DNA from: an uncultured Deferribacteres bacterium
Lineage (GTDB): Bacteria > Zhuqueibacterota > Zhuqueibacteria > Zhuqueibacterales > Geothermadaptataceae
Direction: 5' to 3'
Length of the DNA: 62,643 bases
NCBI GenBank assembly: GCA_964014485.1
Contig: CAXHAT010000013.1
Coordinates: 1 to 62,643 of the forward strand
The position numbers and the translations under genes are program-made. Below, in pieces: positions 9,715 through 18,282 of the stretch. Each line of letters opens with the position of its first letter. Position 1 is the stretch's first letter. Under the pieces are notes generated by a model that had not been told where the DNA came from, did no database searches, and saw nothing but the letters and a program-made list of their open reading frames with translations.

Positions 9715-10029
9715 ATGAGTAAGCAATCAAAGAAACGCAAGTGGCACTACGCCTTTACGTATCCAAAAACAGATGATGGTCTGGTAACTGCATGGGCAAA
9801 ACCGTCAGGTTTTCCGCAGCCGTTTGTGCTTGGCAATTATCTCATGGAGGTTGTAAGAGGCGAAAGAGAGGAAGAGCCGCTTTATTTTGAATACGGGCGC
9901 ACAACGGTTGATGCACTCGAAAAATTAAAGGCGCAGCTACCAGATGAACCGCCTATGAAGAGCCAAAGATTTGATTTATTGCAATTTGCAGAGCAGATAA
10001 CGAAAAGGATACGCCATGTTTTTGGATAG
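9715..10029 (+). CDS. Hypothetical protein
   Basis: ORF from MSKQSK; C-terminus runs antisense into the next gene. Confidence 0.55.
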   Translation: MSKQSKKRKWHYAFTYPKTDDGLVTAWAKPSGFPQPFVLGNYLMEVVRGEREEEPLYFEYGRTTVDALEKLKAQLPDEPPMKSQRFDLLQFAEQITKRIRHVFG

Positions 10030-10300
10030 AGGCTTTCAGTTTGTTCAATTTAGTATCATCTCGCATGGCTTCGAGGGCTTGATGCCCTTTAAATGTAAGG
10101 CTTGTAATAATGACTGCTTTGATTTCATCGTCTCCGCGCAACGGTCTTCCATTTGCCCAGCCAATTTCAAGAATCTCGCTTTGATTATAAAGAATCTGCT
10201 TCTTGGTGTACTTGCTCAAGTCTGGCGACTCTTCACCCTCAATTTGAATCATGATCAACTTCAACAATTCGAGGTCAAGTTTTTTATTGCTTTGCGACAC
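9953..10300 (-). CDS. Leftward moron, DUF2513-like protein
   Basis: DLELLKLIMIQIE...SLTFKGHQALEAMRDD; AAAGGAG RBS; own promoter. Confidence 0.75.
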   Translation of the reverse strand: MSQSNKKLDLELLKLIMIQIEGEESPDLSKYTKKQILYNQSEILEIGWANGRPLRGDDEIKAVIITSLTFKGHQALEAMRDDTKLNKLKASIQKHGVSFSLSALQIAINQIFGSS

Positions 10301-10582
10301 AACACACTCCTTTCAAAACTACTGATAAGGAAACATGATTTTAGCCATTATTCAGGCTCGGGCAACAGAAGGGTTCTCGGAATACAAAGAATATGAACGA
10401 TTTAACACAACTCGCACAAGCAGCGGAACAAGCAGAAGCGGCAATGGAGTCGATAGCAAATATCACGGTGATACTTTTTAACAAGTTAATCGACCAAGGT
10501 ATGACCAGAGAAGAGGCGTTAGAGCTGGCTAAGATTTATTTGGAGTCAGTGAGTTCGCCATGTAATGGCGGTGGAGGGTGGC

Positions 10583-11359
10583 GTGACTAATTACAAGCTT
10601 TATCACGGCGATTGCTTGGATGTGCTGCCGACGCTTAAACCACAGTCCATCGACGCTGTGATAGCTGACCCACCTTATGGCACAACTCACTGCAAATGGG
10701 ATAGCGTTATTCCGTTTCACAGAATGTGGTCAGTGATAAAGCACGTGTTAAAGCCCCGCGTGGCTTGCGTGCTGTTTGGTAGCCAACCGTTTACAAGCGC
10801 ACTGGTAATGAGTAATCCTAGCTGGTTCAGCCATGAATGGATTTGGAGTAAATCAAACGGTGGTGGGTTTCTGAATGCCAATCGCCAACCTTTAAAGAGG
10901 CATGAAATTGTCAGCGTATTCTCTGAAGGGCAGATGCTCTACAACCCGCAAATGACAGAAGGTAGCCCCTACGCCTGCACGAGTGCAGGCGTAGGGGCTA
11001 CCACGGCTGATTTATCAGTGATTGGGTGGCGGACAGTGAACAATGGCAAGAGATACCCAACTACTATTCAATCATTCTCAAATGACACTGGCTTACACCC
11101 CACCCAAAAACCCGTTGCTCTGCTTGAATACCTCATCAAAACCTACACCAATGAAGGCGATACAGTTCTCGATTTCACAATGGGCAGCGGTGCAACTGGC
11201 GTCGCTGCTGCAAACACAGGGCGCAAATTCATCGGCGTAGAACTTGACGCAGAATACTTTGCCATAGCCGAGCAGCGCATCAAAAACGCATACGGTAATT
11301 ACGTGATGACTGATAAGGAAAAATCCACCCCCCAGCCTTCGCTATTCGGGTGGCAATAA
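10583..11359 (+). CDS. DNA N4-C/N6-A methyltransferase (beta class), copy 1
   Basis: LYHGDCL, DPPY, HPTQKP, VLDFTMGSG. Confidence 0.95.
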   Translation: MTNYKLYHGDCLDVLPTLKPQSIDAVIADPPYGTTHCKWDSVIPFHRMWSVIKHVLKPRVACVLFGSQPFTSALVMSNPSWFSHEWIWSKSNGGGFLNANRQPLKRHEIVSVFSEGQMLYNPQMTEGSPYACTSAGVGATTADLSVIGWRTVNNGKRYPTTIQSFSNDTGLHPTQKPVALLEYLIKTYTNEGDTVLDFTMGSGATGVAAANTGRKFIGVELDAEYFAIAEQRIKNAYGNYVMTDKEKSTPQPSLFGWQ

Positions 11360-11366
11360 TGACAGT

Positions 11367-11978
11367 CTATTCCGCAACATACCCCAACTGCAAGGCGCAC
11401 ACTAGTGCAATTTCTCGCGCTGGGGATTCATCCAGTCCCTCGACGCCATCAATTGCGGTGTTCGTGCAAATCGTCAATTCCGTTGCCCGTGGCTGCAACT
11501 CAGATGCCGGGACATCGTTGTCTAGCACGACGACCCAATCTGCCGCTGTGGCTAGCTGGTTACGTTCCTCTGCCTCTCGCCATTCTGCAACGGTAGCATC
11601 GTGCAAGGTGCCGCCATCAAACCAGCGTGTTGCTAGTGGCGTTGCTGAAGGAATAGACGTTCGTGTTGGCGCGGGTGTATCGGTTGGCCCTGGTGTACTT
11701 GTCGGTTCTGGCGTGTCCGTGGGTGCTAATGTGTTTGTTGGTTCTGGTGGTGTGGTTGGCTCTGGCTCTTCGGCCGGTTCTGGTTCATCCGTTGCAGTTG
11801 GCGGTACTTCTTCTTCAACCACAGCAATTTCTTCGGTAGTTGCCCCGGCTTCGGCAGTAGCGAGATTTTCCGCTCTTCTGTCGGCTATGAAATCCTGTGC
11901 AAATTGGGTAATGACAGCACAAATAGTGAACAAGATGAACAGCGTAAAACAACCTCTCAACCAGCGGCGACGTTCCAT
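11367..11978 (-). CDS. Membrane-anchored protein with Pro/Thr-rich linker (moron, possible superinfection exclusion)
   Basis: N-terminal TM, PTDTPEPTSTP repeats, globular C-terminus WFDGGTLH...LATAADW; AGGAG RBS. Confidence 0.8.
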   Translation of the reverse strand: MERRRWLRGCFTLFILFTICAVITQFAQDFIADRRAENLATAEAGATTEEIAVVEEEVPPTATDEPEPAEEPEPTTPPEPTNTLAPTDTPEPTSTPGPTDTPAPTRTSIPSATPLATRWFDGGTLHDATVAEWREAEERNQLATAADWVVVLDNDVPASELQPRATELTICTNTAIDGVEGLDESPAREIALVCALQLGYVAE

Positions 11979-12195
11979 AACAAAACTCCTATTTTTACCC
12001 TTCCTGAGCAGAGGAGATTGTAACCACACCGTCAAAACGCGCAATAGAACGGATATTCTGGGGGATAACGCGGCCGAGTATGTTATTATTGAAGGTAGCA
12101 ACCCAACCTCTAGGTTGACCGCCATTACAAGGTTGGGCTGCAAGATTGACGGCCTTTGCCGTAGGCGTGACGTGCTTGCGGTGAAGGCTAGTTTT

Positions 12196-12528
12196 TTAGC
12201 CAGCCTTACGCCTTCCCTTTCTGGAAAATCTGATTTTAGAGAGACTACCGTTCAATCTTGGCTCAAACCTCTTGAGGAAATGTTTTTCCAAAGAGTACAA
12301 AGCCTCCTGTCTGCACGCTATCCAGCCAATATCAGCCGATGGGAGTTCCTTGATTACGGGCAACTTGTGGTGTCCACTTGTGTTCCACCTTGCCCAAATA
12401 TCCTTGGACTTTCCAATATAAACAGGCTCCCCATTTTCAAGAATGAAATACACGCCAGAAATGCGCGGCAACTGCTTGATTTTTCTAAAGTCCATTACAT
12501 CGTCGAAAACAATACTCATACTCATCAT
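12196..12528 (-). CDS. GIY-YIG nuclease-family protein
   Basis: SGVYFI...VYIGKS...RW...H...LE...PRLN. Confidence 0.85.
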   Translation of the reverse strand: MMSMSIVFDDVMDFRKIKQLPRISGVYFILENGEPVYIGKSKDIWARWNTSGHHKLPVIKELPSADIGWIACRQEALYSLEKHFLKRFEPRLNGSLSKIRFSRKGRRKAG

Positions 12529-12618
12529 TCCTTTACTAATTATGCTATTATTGAGAGTGACCCATCCTCTCGGTTGGTAGCCATTCAGAGGATGGGTGCT
12601 AATGCGGTGGTTCGTATC

Positions 12619-13113
12619 CTATGGGGTGCGAACCGCTTCATTCTCTCGAATCCCCAAGAACTCAAAGTCGAACGAATCCATTGCATCTCGGCTAGCAAAC
12701 CGATCAACCACACTTTCAATCAAATCAGGCAAGTCGGTGCCAAAATTCATGCCATCGAAAAAGTTGTATTTGGGATAGTTGTAGCTATTTCCGTTCTGAA
12801 GCGTGTCAAGGGTTTCCTGAAAATATCTAATAAAAAACACTTCCATAGTGTTTGCCAGTTGAAACCTGTCTTTGATAATCATTATTATCTCCATAATTGG
12901 GCGGTACCCTTCAGCTCTCAAACCCTTGACCCACAATTGAGATTTTGTTCGTCCGTATTTGGATGCAGCAATGTGTCCGTTGTAACGCCTTGCTGGATAA
13001 GAAGCTTGCCCCACATAGCAGATAGCTCCGCTTGCAGGGTGTCGCAAAACATAAATATAGGTTACTCCACTAATATACTTGAACTGCTTCCAATCAATAA
13101 TGTTTCTAGTCAC
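12619..13113 (-). CDS. GIY-YIG nuclease-family protein
   Basis: YIYVL...CYVGQA...RRYNGH...ME; AAAGGA RBS before GTG 13113. Confidence 0.8.
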   Translation of the reverse strand: MTRNIIDWKQFKYISGVTYIYVLRHPASGAICYVGQASYPARRYNGHIAASKYGRTKSQLWVKGLRAEGYRPIMEIIMIIKDRFQLANTMEVFFIRYFQETLDTLQNGNSYNYPKYNFFDGMNFGTDLPDLIESVVDRFASRDAMDSFDFEFLGIRENEAVRTP

Positions 13114-13261
13114 AGCAATCTTTCCTTTACTAGATGTGTTATTATTCAAGAGAGTAGCTCAACCTACGGGTTTGCTGCCTCATTGAGGTTGAGCTACGCA
13201 ATTGCGTTGGCGGGTGGAGACACGCCCGTCAACGACTTTTGCAATTCTCAAAAGATAAAAA

Positions 13262-13459
13262 CTACTCCGAAGACGTTTCCTCCTTCGTTTCACCTGTATC
13301 TTTCAAAAACTTTTCAAACATGTCTCTTATGGCACGTTCTGTTAGCCACGTCTTATTTCTGTCGTAATAAATCGTGTCTGCTGTCGATGCCATCATTTCG
13401 AGCATATTTACCGTTTCTTCGTCAAATCGCATACTTATTCTTTTCTTTGCCAAAATCAT
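13262..13459 (-). CDS. Ribbon-helix-helix regulator
   Basis: KKRISMRFDEETVNMLEMMA...NKTWLTERAIRD; divergent from promoter 13528. Confidence 0.7.
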   Translation of the reverse strand: MILAKKRISMRFDEETVNMLEMMASTADTIYYDRNKTWLTERAIRDMFEKFLKDTGETKEETSSE

Positions 13460-13527
13460 TTTTACGTCTCCATTATTCAAGAATTGCTAGCGCGATTGTA
13501 CACCACACACCAAAATATGTCAATGTC

Positions 13528-13556
13528 TTGACTTGTACGTACAAGTATGCTATCAT
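13528..13556 (+). promoter_or_regulatory. Sigma70-type promoter with 16-bp palindromic operator
   Basis: TTGACT-17-TATCAT with TG; ACTTGTACGTACAAGT at 13531-13546. Confidence 0.85.
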
Positions 13557-13593
13557 AGTCTCCGTAGTCAACCACACGAAACGGAGACAAAAA

Positions 13594-13911
13594 ATGAACC
13601 AAGTAACAATCAAAATGCCAAGAGCGCGACAAAAATACACTGACAAATACGGCATGAACTGGGAAGTATTTAGCGTTCGGCAAACACGGGCGCAAAACCC
13701 AAGAGTAAATTGGATTTTCAAAGAAATAACCCTAATAACCAGCGATGCTATCACCGACGACTGCTGGGATAACATGGACGTTGACGAGGACGCGGTTCGC
13801 TTCGGTAAAGATTATTTCTCCCGCGTAATTGTCAAAGACAAAGCCGATGACATCGACTGGGCTTGGCAAGAGTTTGTGCAAGAGCATGGAATTGAGAGGG
13901 TGCAGTCATGA
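13594..13911 (+). CDS. Hypothetical protein (the conventional gene at the 3' end of the 853-aa ORF)
   Basis: GGAG RBS, downstream of promoter, protein-like composition. Confidence 0.75.
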   Translation: MNQVTIKMPRARQKYTDKYGMNWEVFSVRQTRAQNPRVNWIFKEITLITSDAITDDCWDNMDVDEDAVRFGKDYFSRVIVKDKADDIDWAWQEFVQEHGIERVQS

Positions 13912-14784
13912 ACCAAGTAACAATTTCAACCCAAATCAAATCCCTAGAAATGATTAAGCGCACAGCAACAACTGCCCCAACCTACAACGAAAAACGGTTT
14001 ATTCCACAGATGTAACAACAAAAGCAGGAATGGTGTTGAGTGGCAGGCTTTTGGACATAAAGCCTTTTGTCGAGATGCCGATAAGGAGCAAGTAATGAAA
14101 ACAACAAAACCCATCAAACTAACCCCTGCTGAGGTTCAACAATTCAAGGAAAGCATCACTCGTTTTTGCGACATGATGAACGGTAAAATTCGCCTAACGG
14201 CCGATGGGCGTTGGGTAGAAACGGGGAAATAGCATGATTGACAAACAAACTGGCCCAATGCTTTTGGTAAGCTGTGCGATTGGCTTGGCTATTTATGCGG
14301 CGTTGTATTTCGTAGTGTTTTAGGAGCAATAAAAATGAGTTCTAAGAAACAATTTGGTGAGTTAGTCATAACCGACATTGTGAAACGCTGGGGAGGCGTC
14401 AATCAAACCACAGCTATTGCGCGGCTCGAACGCGGCGGTGTCTCCCCAAGCCACAGCGATTGGTACAAAAAACATCGGTGTGTCAAATATGCGGTGAAAG
14501 ATTCGACTGCCGTTCGTCCCGTATGTTTCGACCTGTGCGCCAAAACCGATTAAACCGCTGGCACAAGATATGCCAATCTTGCGGGGGATTAAGTGATGAT
14601 TGAATACCTGCTATTGGCTGGGTTGGCACTCGCAACGCTTGTGCTTATCGGCGTCATCGCTTGGTATATATGGCGAGCGTCGAAACTAGAAAGGTCTGAG
14701 GAATGACTGAATTTTTACTGATAGCACTGTTGGTGTTTCTGGCCATTGTAGCAGCGGTTGGGCTTGTGGAGGCTGTTAGGTCTC

Positions 14785-15255
14785 ATGATGATTAACCAGC
14801 CGTCGCTGTTGCCAAATGTCGCGCCACAGACGCGCATTGACCGCCTGAAACAGTGCGCCAAATGCGTCAAATTCAAGCCGTATGCAGCTTTCTACGTTGA
14901 CCGCAGTCGTCATGACCAGAAAACCACGCGCTGCATTATGTGCATACGTGAATGGAAACGTGAGTACGACCGCTCCGAAATGGGTCACAAAAACAACCGC
15001 AACAGAAAGCGGCGCGACTATGACAAGGTTCAGGCAAGACGCGCGGTTCACAATGCAATTTTGGCGGGTGGCATGAAACCAGCAAAGGAACATGACTGTG
15101 TTCATTGTGGCCGTCAAGCAAAGCACTGGCACCACCCCAACGGCTACAGCATAGAGCATTGGTTTGACGTTGAAGCCGTTTGCGTGAGGTGCCACGTGGA
15201 TATACATGACCCGTTTATTGAAACGCCATTCGGGCAATTGAGGTTAGGGATATGA
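14785..15255 (+). CDS. HNH endonuclease with N-terminal zinc-binding domain
   Basis: CAKC...CIMC; CVHCG...HWHH...VCVRCH..IH. Confidence 0.8.
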   Translation: MMINQPSLLPNVAPQTRIDRLKQCAKCVKFKPYAAFYVDRSRHDQKTTRCIMCIREWKREYDRSEMGHKNNRNRKRRDYDKVQARRAVHNAILAGGMKPAKEHDCVHCGRQAKHWHHPNGYSIEHWFDVEAVCVRCHVDIHDPFIETPFGQLRLGI

Positions 15256-16043
15256 CATACAAACTCTATCACGGGGATTGTTTGGAGGTGTTGCCAACGC
15301 TGGAGGCACAATCGGCTGACGCTGTGATAGCAGACGTGCCTTACGGCACAACAGCCTGCAAGTGGGATTCTGTTATCCCCTTTGAACCAATGTGGGCGGG
15401 GATAAAGCATGTCACCAAACCCAAGGCGGCGATTGTGCTGTTTGGTAGCCAACCGTTCACAAGTGCGCTGGTGATGAGTAATGCAGACTGGTTTAAGTAT
15501 TGCTGGGTGTGGAACAAGGTGTCTGGCGTTGGCTTCCAATCTGTATCAAAGATGCCTTTAAAAAGCCATGAAGATATTGCCGTTTTCTGTAGTGGGCAAC
15601 CAACATTTAACCCACAAATGACAAAGGGCGACCCATATACGCGCCCCCAATCGAGCGGGGGCGCGTATATGGGTCGCGATACGGCTCAAAAATTTAGCGG
15701 ATGGGTTACTGTAAATAATGGTTTAAGGTATCCAAAGTCGATAGTTAAGAAATCAAATGCAGACCAAACAGGTAGATTGCACCCGACCCAAAAACCCGTC
15801 GCCCTACTTGAATATCTCATCAAAACCTACACAAACGAAGGCGACACGGTTCTCGATTTCACAATGGGTAGCGGTACAACTGGCGTGGCAGCGGCCAATA
15901 CAGGCCGCAAATTTATCGGCATAGAACTAGACGCTGAATATTTCGCCATTGCCGAACATCGTATCAAAAACGCATACGGCGATTATGTGATGACGGAAAA
16001 GGAAAAGCAAGTTCCCCAGCCGTCACTATTCGGGTGGCAATAA
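15252..16043 (+). CDS. DNA N4-C/N6-A methyltransferase (beta class), copy 2
   Basis: LYHGDCL, DVPY, HPTQKP, VLDFTMGSGTT. Confidence 0.95.
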   Translation: MTYKLYHGDCLEVLPTLEAQSADAVIADVPYGTTACKWDSVIPFEPMWAGIKHVTKPKAAIVLFGSQPFTSALVMSNADWFKYCWVWNKVSGVGFQSVSKMPLKSHEDIAVFCSGQPTFNPQMTKGDPYTRPQSSGGAYMGRDTAQKFSGWVTVNNGLRYPKSIVKKSNADQTGRLHPTQKPVALLEYLIKTYTNEGDTVLDFTMGSGTTGVAAANTGRKFIGIELDAEYFAIAEHRIKNAYGDYVMTEKEKQVPQPSLFGWQ

Positions 16044-16047
16044 TGAC

Positions 16048-16263
16048 TCACTCATCAGGATTGGGTTTTGGTTTTTCCACGTCAGTAGCGATTAAGCGAC
16101 GCATGTACTCAGCCATGCTAACCCTAGCTAGGATTGCACGTTCTCTGAGTTTTTCATGCAAAGATTCTGGAAGATTGAAACGTAATGACGTGAACTTCTC
16201 GCCGTACATTTCCTCGAAGGATGGCGGCCCCGTTTTTTTGTTCTCTTTTTTGTTATCGGACAT
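16048..16263 (-). CDS. Arc/ribbon-helix-helix regulator, probably leaderless
   Basis: LRFNLPESLHEKLRERA...SMAEYMRRLI; TACAAT 7 nt before ATG. Confidence 0.8.
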   Translation of the reverse strand: MSDNKKENKKTGPPSFEEMYGEKFTSLRFNLPESLHEKLRERAILARVSMAEYMRRLIATDVEKPKPNPDE

Positions 16264-16302
16264 GAAATACATTGTAAACCACAACACAATCACGGCGCAA
16301 CC

Positions 16303-16495
16303 TTGACACATTAGATTATCCGTAGTACAATTACTACACATTGATTAAAAGCCTTTGGCGAGGCAATAGGTAAAAGCGAAATGAATCTAACAATTAAAAC
16401 ACCTCTCTCTTCAGGGCATCAACCGCCCCGCTTTTACCAAGAAATATCGCCAAATTTCATGGGTGAAGGTGCCTTGAACAGAGGGGTGTTTTCTT
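16303..16495 (+). promoter_or_regulatory. Promoter and structured attenuator-like leader
   Basis: TTGACA-17-TACAAT; GTAGTA..TACTAC operator; long stem 16396-16492 followed by T-rich tail. Confidence 0.75.
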
Positions 16496-16507
16496 TTAGG
16501 AGTAATT

Positions 16508-16903
16508 ATGAATATCAACATTGATGAACTGATTGAACAACTAAAAAAATTTCAGCAGTTGCAAGCACTACTTGGTAGCGGTGTCGTGCGGGAAGAACCA
16601 GACTTGCTAGCCCATCTCATTGGCAAGAAAGTTGTCGTTCGCGACAACGGGGCGGGCGTCTTTGTGACCACACTTGAGGCTGTGCGCGGCAAACAATGGC
16701 GTGGTGGCGAATCTCGAAAAATACACTACTGGTCTAAAGCTGGCGCCATCGAAGGTGTCGCGCAAACGGCTATTGATTTTCAGAACTCTCGGGTGACAGT
16801 GAGGACACCCGAATCTAACGGCCAAGACTTGATTCAGATATGCCCAATTTCTGATGAAATCCACAAGGAATTGATGGAGGCTCCTGTATGGAACCCAAAA
16901 TAG
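16508..16903 (+). CDS. DUF6948-like phage protein
   Basis: IGKKVVVRDNGAGVFV...SRKIHYWSKA; sits directly before a Gly-rich repeat gene. Confidence 0.7.
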   Translation: MNINIDELIEQLKKFQQLQALLGSGVVREEPDLLAHLIGKKVVVRDNGAGVFVTTLEAVRGKQWRGGESRKIHYWSKAGAIEGVAQTAIDFQNSRVTVRTPESNGQDLIQICPISDEIHKELMEAPVWNPK

Positions 16904-17178
16904 TTTCCTTGATCGAATTGATTGGTCTCGGTGACGGTCGCGGTTACGGTTCCGGTGACGGTCGCGGTTACGGTTCCGGTGACGGTCGCGGTTACGGTTA
17001 CGGTTACGGTTACGGTTCCGGTGACGGTGACGGTAGCGGTGACGGTTACGGTTACGGTTCCGGTAGCGGTGACGGTTACGGTTACGGTTCCGGTTCCGGT
17101 TCCGGTTCCGGTTACGGTGACGGTAGCGGTGACGGTTACGGTTACGGTTACGGTCGCGGTGACGGTTACGGTGACTAA
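16888..17178 (+). CDS. Gly-rich (G-x dipeptide, GYGSGDG) repeat protein
   Basis: GGAGG RBS; hexamer repeats GGT-NNC over 16930-17175. Confidence 0.75.
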   Translation: MEPKIVSLIELIGLGDGRGYGSGDGRGYGSGDGRGYGYGYGYGSGDGDGSGDGYGYGSGSGDGYGYGSGSGSGSGYGDGSGDGYGYGYGRGDGYGD

Positions 17179-17498
17179 GTCGAGTATCACTCGCTCGGCC
17201 AATGATTCTTTCGTAAGGGTCAGTGGCCGAGGGGATTTTTCTGTCTGCAAAAGGTGTGTGTTATGAACGAAAAAACATATTGGGTCACAGTTCCATTTGC
17301 TGGATATATATTAATTAAAATAAATGCCGATTCAGAAAAAACGGCAATCGACAAAGCGTTGCAAGCTGATGTCTATATCGACCTTCTTGGTGATGACAGC
17401 GATGTGGTAGAGCTAGAAGAATTTGAACTATATCGCCGTATCGTTCAGGGCAATATTGTTTACCCGTCTGTGTGGGAAGCTGAAGCAAGGGAAGCGTC

Positions 17499-17837
17499 AT
17501 GAACATAGAAGCCATATTAAACAAAGTCCATCGCCTCGAGAACCATCGCGACAAGTACCGCGCATATGTCTACCGCCAAAATGGGTTATGCAGCGTGACG
17601 CCGCGTGTCGAGTTGCTGACTGCTGATATGTACGCGGATTACAAGCTGCAAAACATGAAAGCAATTGAGCGCGTTCAAGATTTGCCCGAGCAGCTTTTTG
17701 AGGTGGTTTGGTTTGACCATGAGAAGCCGCAACCGAACTTTGACGAGTGGGTGTTTAAGAATGAGCAAGCCAAGGTCGCCGAGGAAGCGGATTACGAAAA
17801 CACATTGAGCGACTTTCGCGATTTGAGGTGGGTGTGA
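17499..17837 (+). CDS. Hypothetical protein
   Basis: ATGA-coupled ORF in early operon. Confidence 0.6.
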   Translation: MNIEAILNKVHRLENHRDKYRAYVYRQNGLCSVTPRVELLTADMYADYKLQNMKAIERVQDLPEQLFEVVWFDHEKPQPNFDEWVFKNEQAKVAEEADYENTLSDFRDLRWV

Positions 17838-18282
17838 TAGATACAGAAAAATGCAACCAGTGCGAGCGTGATTTCCCCGACTACCTCATCAATGACATGG
17901 TGACACAAGCAGGGACGATCTCTACTTGTCCCTTGTGTGCTCTTGAAGCACGCAACGCCACGCACGGACTGCCAAAGTGGACGCCGTTTCAGGGTGAAGT
18001 TGCTCATGATATGTGGCTAGAAGCTATAGCATACTTGGATGCACAAAAATGAACCAAATACAAGTCCAGCAACTATCAGTCGTCAAAGCTGGCGAACTTG
18101 TCATAGCAGCAGCTAGCAATCTTGGCGAGGTTGAACACGCTTATACCTGTGCCAGTTGCAACAATGATTGTGATGGCGCGTGGGTACGAATCAAGAGCGA
18201 CTATCATCGCCATTATATATTAGGAAGTGGCGTTTTGATTGAAACTGGCGGCGAGAATTGTATTCCGTTTTAGGAGATTTGA

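Noticed and set aside
11350..13911. 853-aa ORF as a folded functional protein
   Set aside because: Composition mirrors the antisense genes; only 13594-13911 looks protein-like. Kept as a finding for the open frame only
12196..16043. Type II restriction-modification system from GIY-YIG/HNH plus methyltransferases
   Set aside because: Nucleases are small stand-alone types and the methyltransferases look like typical orphan phage enzymes; no evidence of a cognate pair
16930..17175. CRISPR array or DGR variable repeat
   Set aside because: Simple hexamer repeat with no spacers; no cas or reverse transcriptase gene recognised in the window
16834..17266. Val/Thr-rich ORFs on both strands
   Set aside because: Alternative frames of the GGTNNC repeat; only the Gly frame has an RBS
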